Source: Candidatus Latescibacterota bacterium (lineage in GTDB: Bacteria; Latescibacterota; UBA2968). From it: a DNA stretch of 64,000 nucleotides. The stretch is taken from assembly GCA_965222605.1 (NCBI GenBank), contig OZ244960.1, positions 1,824,001-1,888,000 of the forward strand, read 5' to 3'. Below, in pieces: positions 59,093 through 64,000 of the stretch. Position 1 is the first letter of the stretch; each line of letters begins with the position of its first letter. The notes beneath the pieces were generated by a model. That model was not told the origin of the DNA. It saw only the letters and a program-made list of their open reading frames with translations, and ran no database searches. Both the position numbers and the translations under genes were made by a program.

Positions 59093-59980
59093 TCACGCCC
59101 GTGGATGCGCCTGTCGATAGGCTCTTTTTAAGCGTTCAACACTCACATGCGTATAAACCTGTGTGGTTGAAAGGCTCGCATGACCGAGCAATTCTCTCAC
59201 CGCATTGAGATCTGCTCCCGCATCCAGAAGATGGGTTGCATAGGCGTGGCGCAATGCATGGGGAGACAAAGACCGTCCAGTCGCTTTGCTGAGATATCGG
59301 GCAACGCGACCTTGAATACCACTCGGACTCAGCGGACGCCCAGATCGCGCCAAAAACAAATGCCGCCGATCAGCCGTCTGTTCAGAAATCAGTTCTCCTC
59401 GCCGCATCAAATAAGCCACCAGCGCAACCCGAGCCGGTTCCCCGAAAGGAACCAATCGCTCATTGTTGCCCTTGCCCACAACCCGCACCAGTTTATCGGC
59501 CAGATCCACAGCCTCAATTTTAAGACCTGCAAGCTCGCGCAATCGAATCCCAGCGCTATAAAATAACTCCAATATCGCCCGATCGCGCAATCCCAATACC
59601 GTATTGGGCGACGGCAGGGACATCGCGCGGGCAACCTCATCAACATCCAGATAAACGGGCAAGATCCTATCCTGCCTGGGCGGGCGCACATCGAACGCTG
59701 GATTCTGATCCAAATCGCCCACATTGCACAAATAACTCAAAAACGTTCGCACCGCCGCCAGCTTTCGGGCAACAGATCGCCGACCAAATCCCCTATTGTG
59801 CAAAAATCCCAAAAACCCCCGCACCGCATTCCGATCAATCTGTTCCGGGCGATCCACCTGACGCGCATGCAAAAAAGCGGCGAACTGATCCAGATCCGTA
59901 TTATACGCCGTACACGTATGATCGGACAATCGCCGCTGCCGCGACAGATGATTGAGGAATTGAGTAATGGATGTTTGCAT
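59093..59980 (-). CDS. xerC: Tyrosine recombinase XerC
   Basis: RDRAILELFY.AG.R, GKG, HALRH..ATHLL, LLGH and TTQVYTH. Downstream of topA. Confidence 0.92.
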   Translation of the reverse strand: MQTSITQFLNHLSRQRRLSDHTCTAYNTDLDQFAAFLHARQVDRPEQIDRNAVRGFLGFLHNRGFGRRSVARKLAAVRTFLSYLCNVGDLDQNPAFDVRPPRQDRILPVYLDVDEVARAMSLPSPNTVLGLRDRAILELFYSAGIRLRELAGLKIEAVDLADKLVRVVGKGNNERLVPFGEPARVALVAYLMRRGELISEQTADRRHLFLARSGRPLSPSGIQGRVARYLSKATGRSLSPHALRHAYATHLLDAGADLNAVRELLGHASLSTTQVYTHVSVERLKRAYRQAHPRA

Positions 59981-59988
59981 GTTGTCTC

Positions 59989-62433
59989 TTACCTCGTGCG
60001 TCTTCTTCTCGACCTTCTCCTATTCGTCGCCGGGTTTTCCGCAATAATTTTCTCGCAAGCCGCCTGCGTCAAAGACGACGCCTCCACGCCCTTTGGAATG
60101 CGGTAATTATTCCCATCGTGTTTGATATAAGGACCATAGCGTCCGGCAAGAACCTGAATCCCGTCAAAATCGTGAATCACCTGCTGCGACTGCCCGCCGC
60201 CCGCTCCGGGTTGCATAAACTTTTCGAGCGTCTCGCGGTCCAATGTCGCCGCATCCATCCCCCTGGGAATCTTGTAATTTTTACCATCTTTGCGAATATA
60301 AGCACCATACCGACCATTGAGCACCTGAAAATCGTCAAAATCGCGAATCACATTTTTGGCTTTGCGATCTTCTTCAGCAGCCGCGATCTCCAATGCGCGA
60401 GCCAACGTCACCTCAAGCAGATCCTCTCCCTCTGGCAGAGAAAAAAAGTTGCGACCTATTCGCACATAAGGGCCATACCGGCCAATATTGACCTGCACCT
60501 CATCACCCGCATCATTTTGCCCGAGTTTGCGCGGCAATTCAAAACACTTGAGAGCATCGGCCAATTCAATATCAAAAATACTCCGATCGGGGGGCAAAGA
60601 TGCAAACAAGGGCTTCTCTTCTTCATCCGCACTACCAATCTGAACATAAGGACCATACTGACCAAAACTCACACTCACCTCGCGCCCCGTATTGGGGTCC
60701 TTTCCCAACTTGCGCCCAATTTTATCGACCGACTTTTTGTCTTCCACCCGCTTATTAAACGGCGGATAAAACGCCTCCAACATCGCCTTCCATGAATTTT
60801 TGCCCTGGGCAATCTCGTCAAAATCGTCCTCGAGGTGCGACGTAAAACGCAAATCGATAATATCGGGAAAGTGCGCCGTCAAAAAATCATTGACCACCTC
60901 GCCGATATCTGTGGGTTTGAGTTTCTTATCTGTTGTGCTTTCCACATACTCCCGGCTCTGAATGGTTGAAATCGTCGGCGAATAAGTCGAAGGACGCCCA
61001 ATACCCTCACTTTCGAGCTTCTTCACCAGCGAAGCCTCGGTATAACGCGCGGGCGGTTTGGTAAACAACTGCTCTAAATGCAACTTCTCCAAATTGAGCA
61101 CCTGCTCCTTTGCAACCTTTGGCAAAATCACATCTTTGTTGCTAACATCCGCATCTGGATTATCGGATCCCTCGGCATAAACCCTCAAAAACCCGGGGAA
61201 TAAAACGCGCTGGCCCCTGGCTTCAAAAATCAATTCACCCGCTTCGCCAGCCCGAATGCGAATCGTCGTATATGCAATGCGCGCATCGGCCATTTGCGTC
61301 GCCAACGTACGCTTCCAAATCAAATCGTAAAGCCGAAATTGTCGGGGATCGAGATGTGCCCTAACGCGGGTGGGTTTAATCGACAAATCCGCCGGACGAA
61401 TCGCCTCATGCGCTTCCTGTGCCCCTTTGGTCTTATTGGCAAATCGTCGGGGCCTCTCCACGGTATAATCCCGGCCAAACTCCTGCGCGACCACCTCCCG
61501 CGCCTGATTCACCGCCTGCTCGGCCAAATTCACCGAATCGGTACGCATATACGTAATCAAACCGCCGGTATATCCGGGAATTTCAAAATTGCCTTCGTAA
61601 AGCTGTTGTGCAACCCGCATTGTCTGCGACACGGAAAAACCCAGCTTGCGAGACGCCTCTTGTTGCAGCGTCGATGTCGTAAACGGAGGCACGGGCCGCC
61701 GCACGCCCTCGCGCTCGACCACCTCTGCCACGACAAATTGCCCCTTCAGCGCACTCGCTTCAACAGCTTTGGCCTCGGCTTCATTCTTGACAGCAGCTTT
61801 TTTTCCATTTTGTCGCGTCAATTCAGCCTGAAATTTGGGATCCTTAAAATCGGATTTAATTTTCCAATACTCCTCCGGCTTAAACGCCCGAATCTCCCGT
61901 TCTCGATCAACAACAATCCGCACCGCCACACTCTGCACGCGCCCAGCCGACAATCCGCCCTTTACCTTTCTCCACAACAAAGGCGACAACTGATAGCCCA
62001 CAGCGCGATCCAAAATGCGACGCGCCTGTTGTGCATCGACCAAATTTTGATCCAGTTCGCGGGGATTTTCAAGCGCGTGCAAAATCGCAGATTGGGTAAT
62101 CTCGTGGAAAACAATCCGCTTAATGGGCTGATTCTTAAGCCCGAGAGCAGAAATCAGATGCCACGAAATAGATTCCCCTTCGCGGTCTTCGTCTGTCGCC
62201 AGATATACAGTCGTGTCTTTGTTTATATCCTTTTTGAGCGCCTGAATCACACTGCGCTTGTCTTGCGATACGACGTATTTGGGATCAAAACTCTCTACAT
62301 CAAAGCCCAATTCACGTGCGGGAAGATCGCGCACATGCCCCATAGAAGCAGCGACTTTGTAGTCTTTGCCCACAAATCGAGAAATTGTCCGCGCTTTGGC
62401 AGGTGATTCGACAATAATCAAATTTTTCGCCAT
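59989..62433 (-). CDS. topA: DNA topoisomerase I with C-terminal Toprim_C repeats
   Basis: VESPAKA, DEDREGE, SAGRVQ, ITYMRTDS and repeated GRYGPY. Confidence 0.98.
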   Translation of the reverse strand: MAKNLIIVESPAKARTISRFVGKDYKVAASMGHVRDLPARELGFDVESFDPKYVVSQDKRSVIQALKKDINKDTTVYLATDEDREGESISWHLISALGLKNQPIKRIVFHEITQSAILHALENPRELDQNLVDAQQARRILDRAVGYQLSPLLWRKVKGGLSAGRVQSVAVRIVVDREREIRAFKPEEYWKIKSDFKDPKFQAELTRQNGKKAAVKNEAEAKAVEASALKGQFVVAEVVEREGVRRPVPPFTTSTLQQEASRKLGFSVSQTMRVAQQLYEGNFEIPGYTGGLITYMRTDSVNLAEQAVNQAREVVAQEFGRDYTVERPRRFANKTKGAQEAHEAIRPADLSIKPTRVRAHLDPRQFRLYDLIWKRTLATQMADARIAYTTIRIRAGEAGELIFEARGQRVLFPGFLRVYAEGSDNPDADVSNKDVILPKVAKEQVLNLEKLHLEQLFTKPPARYTEASLVKKLESEGIGRPSTYSPTISTIQSREYVESTTDKKLKPTDIGEVVNDFLTAHFPDIIDLRFTSHLEDDFDEIAQGKNSWKAMLEAFYPPFNKRVEDKKSVDKIGRKLGKDPNTGREVSVSFGQYGPYVQIGSADEEEKPLFASLPPDRSIFDIELADALKCFELPRKLGQNDAGDEVQVNIGRYGPYVRIGRNFFSLPEGEDLLEVTLARALEIAAAEEDRKAKNVIRDFDDFQVLNGRYGAYIRKDGKNYKIPRGMDAATLDRETLEKFMQPGAGGGQSQQVIHDFDGIQVLAGRYGPYIKHDGNNYRIPKGVEASSLTQAACEKIIAENPATNRRRSRRRRTR

Positions 62434-62451
62434 CAAAACATCCTAAGAAAT

Positions 62452-62546
62452 GTCGCAGGAGACCCCTGATGAAAGCGCGGGGAGGAATGCGACGGTTTAA
62501 GGGCTACCTCCGGAATCCCGCGACTTTAGTCGTGGGAGCACGTCGA
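62452..62546 (+). mobile_element. IS200/IS605-family-derived miniature element (juxtaposed left and right end hairpins)
   Basis: GTCGCAGGAGACCCC..GGGGAGGAATGCGAC followed by GGAATCCCGCGACTTTAGTCGTGGGAGCACGTC, resembling IS605/IS1341 ends. No ORF between them. Confidence 0.65.
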
Positions 62547-62626
62547 TTGTCATTCAAATGAAGTAAGGGGGCACCTCTCTACTCGCCCACTGCAATGCAA
62601 AAAAATACGCGCACCAATTACAAAAG

Positions 62627-64000
62627 TCAAGGTTGTGTCCCGCGGCTCGTGCGCGCAGACTGCGCAATGAGCATCTCTGCGCCCACCGCCACCAAGGCTG
62701 CCAACAACACCCATCGCCAAAGCTCCTGACCGTGCCTTTGGGAAAGGATCGCCTCCTTCAAATCCACCTTGCCATCCAAAACGCGCAAGCGGTCTTTACC
62801 AAACAGAGCCTCGAGGCGCGCCATCGGAACCGGGGTCAAATCGGGTTCGCGCTCATCAGTCTGAACGGCAAAGCGATCAGAGACGCGCTCGCGCGCAAAA
62901 ATCTCCCACAGCCCTGGCGCATCCACCACGCCAACCGGCCACACCGATTGCAAGCCTCGTTGTTGAGGCCAAATTGTTCTGGGTTCTCCACCTGGCACTT
63001 GCAAAACAGCTTCAGAAGCATTTTCCCGCCGGATATCTCTGTACACGACCTGACCGACGCGATAGTCAGATTGGCCAAACGCCCCGGCCGCCAGATATCC
63101 GCTCAGGCGATGCACAAATGGAACAAAAAAACCGGAAAGCGGCGCGTCATTCCATCCCAAACTCGCGCTCACCGAAGACGCAAACAGCACGACGCGCCCA
63201 TTGCCCTTGCGAGACTCGATAAGCGCGGGTGCCCCCGAAGCAAAGGACAACACAGGTTGTGCATTTTGCGCGGGCAAAACCCGATAAGAAACGAAAAAAC
63301 GCGGACTTTGAAATGCCCCTTTGAGTTCCAGGCCCGATAGCATGGGATGATCGGGCAAAACCGTCTGAAAAGCCTGATAAGCACCCGACAACGCGCCCCG
63401 CGTACCGAGCAACTTGGCGGGAAAAAGCGCGGGCAACACATGCTCATTATAATATCGGACGTCAATTTGATCCCCCAAAAAAATAGCCAGACCAACCCCG
63501 CGCGATATCCGATTTTGCAAAGCGGCAATCGCACCTGTAGAAAGCCGCGCTACATTGCATAAAAAAACCACATCAACACCTTCTAATACCTGATCTGATA
63601 CGCGCTCGGGTTTAACATGCACCACCTCGCTTGAGACAACGGACAAAGCCTCTGCGAGATAATAAGAATCGTGGGACGCCTGGCTCACCAGCAAAATGCG
63701 AACGCGCTCTGGAACGCGCAACACCGTCACGCGCGTGTTATCTGCCTCGAGATCGTCTTTCCCTATTTCCACGCGCAGGGCAACATCCCCCCCTGTTTTG
63801 GGCACAAACGACGTATGCAATTTGCGACGCCCACCCGCAGGTACATGGGCAATATCCTGACCAATGCGCCGACCATCCAAAAATATCTGCACAGGTACAT
63901 CGCCTCGATTTGCTTCGCCATAATTGATCAGTTCGATTCCCAATGCGGTTGAACGCCCGACCTCTGGGGAAGTGGTATTGATCTGCCCAATGCCGATATT
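62627..64000 (-). CDS. C-terminal part of a BatA/vWA-associated membrane-anchored protein (runs off the window)
   Basis: Frame open to 64000; D.L..DN, G.G.V.L and WN..P...FVP motifs; ends in ELWRW..TM..E. Confidence 0.75.
   Translation of the reverse strand, partial: NIGIGQINTTSPEVGRSTALGIELINYGEANRGDVPVQIFLDGRRIGQDIAHVPAGGRRKLHTSFVPKTGGDVALRVEIGKDDLEADNTRVTVLRVPERVRILLVSQASHDSYYLAEALSVVSSEVVHVKPERVSDQVLEGVDVVFLCNVARLSTGAIAALQNRISRGVGLAIFLGDQIDVRYYNEHVLPALFPAKLLGTRGALSGAYQAFQTVLPDHPMLSGLELKGAFQSPRFFVSYRVLPAQNAQPVLSFASGAPALIESRKGNGRVVLFASSVSASLGWNDAPLSGFFVPFVHRLSGYLAAGAFGQSDYRVGQVVYRDIRRENASEAVLQVPGGEPRTIWPQQRGLQSVWPVGVVDAPGLWEIFARERVSDRFAVQTDEREPDLTPVPMARLEALFGKDRLRVLDGKVDLKEAILSQRHGQELWRWVLLAALVAVGAEMLIAQSARTSRGTQP

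Noticed and set aside
58698-59096. 132-aa ORF as a real protein
   Set aside because: It lies almost entirely inside the TIR-bounded element, crosses hairpins and has no recognisable motif.
59093-59980. Tyrosine recombinase as a phage or island integrase
   Set aside because: Size, motifs and position after topA fit housekeeping XerC. No att sites or phage genes seen.

Overview
Mostly core chromosomal DNA from an uncultured bacterium. The PhyH dioxygenase, NHL-repeat and FGE/SUMF1 proteins and the C-terminal EF-hand/dockerin-like tails suggest, by inference only, a Latescibacterota-like or related host-associated lineage. In order, the window holds: the start of an RND permease; a PhyH dioxygenase; a tandem array of three modular lipoprotein/ABC substrate-binding genes (third truncated); a selenocysteine-containing NAD-linked formate dehydrogenase (in-frame UGA plus SECIS-like hairpin) abutting a thiamine operon; two back-to-back TPP riboswitches driving thiO-S-G-tenI-D-E and thiC; mltF; two STAS genes; a long minus-strand housekeeping run (holB-metG-tatD-rsmA-ilvE-proC-hisH-hisF-proB-ftsB-recO-cNMP-AI-2E-valS) interrupted by an intact IS5-family element; an unannotated ~150-nt structured RNA candidate upstream of holB; a groES-like gene, HU and sugar-acid oxidoreductases; dinG and a probably hydrolase-only RelA/SpoT homologue; DUF1800/DUF1501; a catalytically degenerate RNase II; ubiX/ubiA-like genes; surface proteins; xerC and topA. 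Small non-autonomous elements (a MITE, an IS200/IS605-type end pair, heptamer repeats, short in-frame palindromic insertions) appear to have altered the ends and interiors of several genes. I saw no rRNA, tRNA or CRISPR array. All calls come from reading the sequence; no database search was run.
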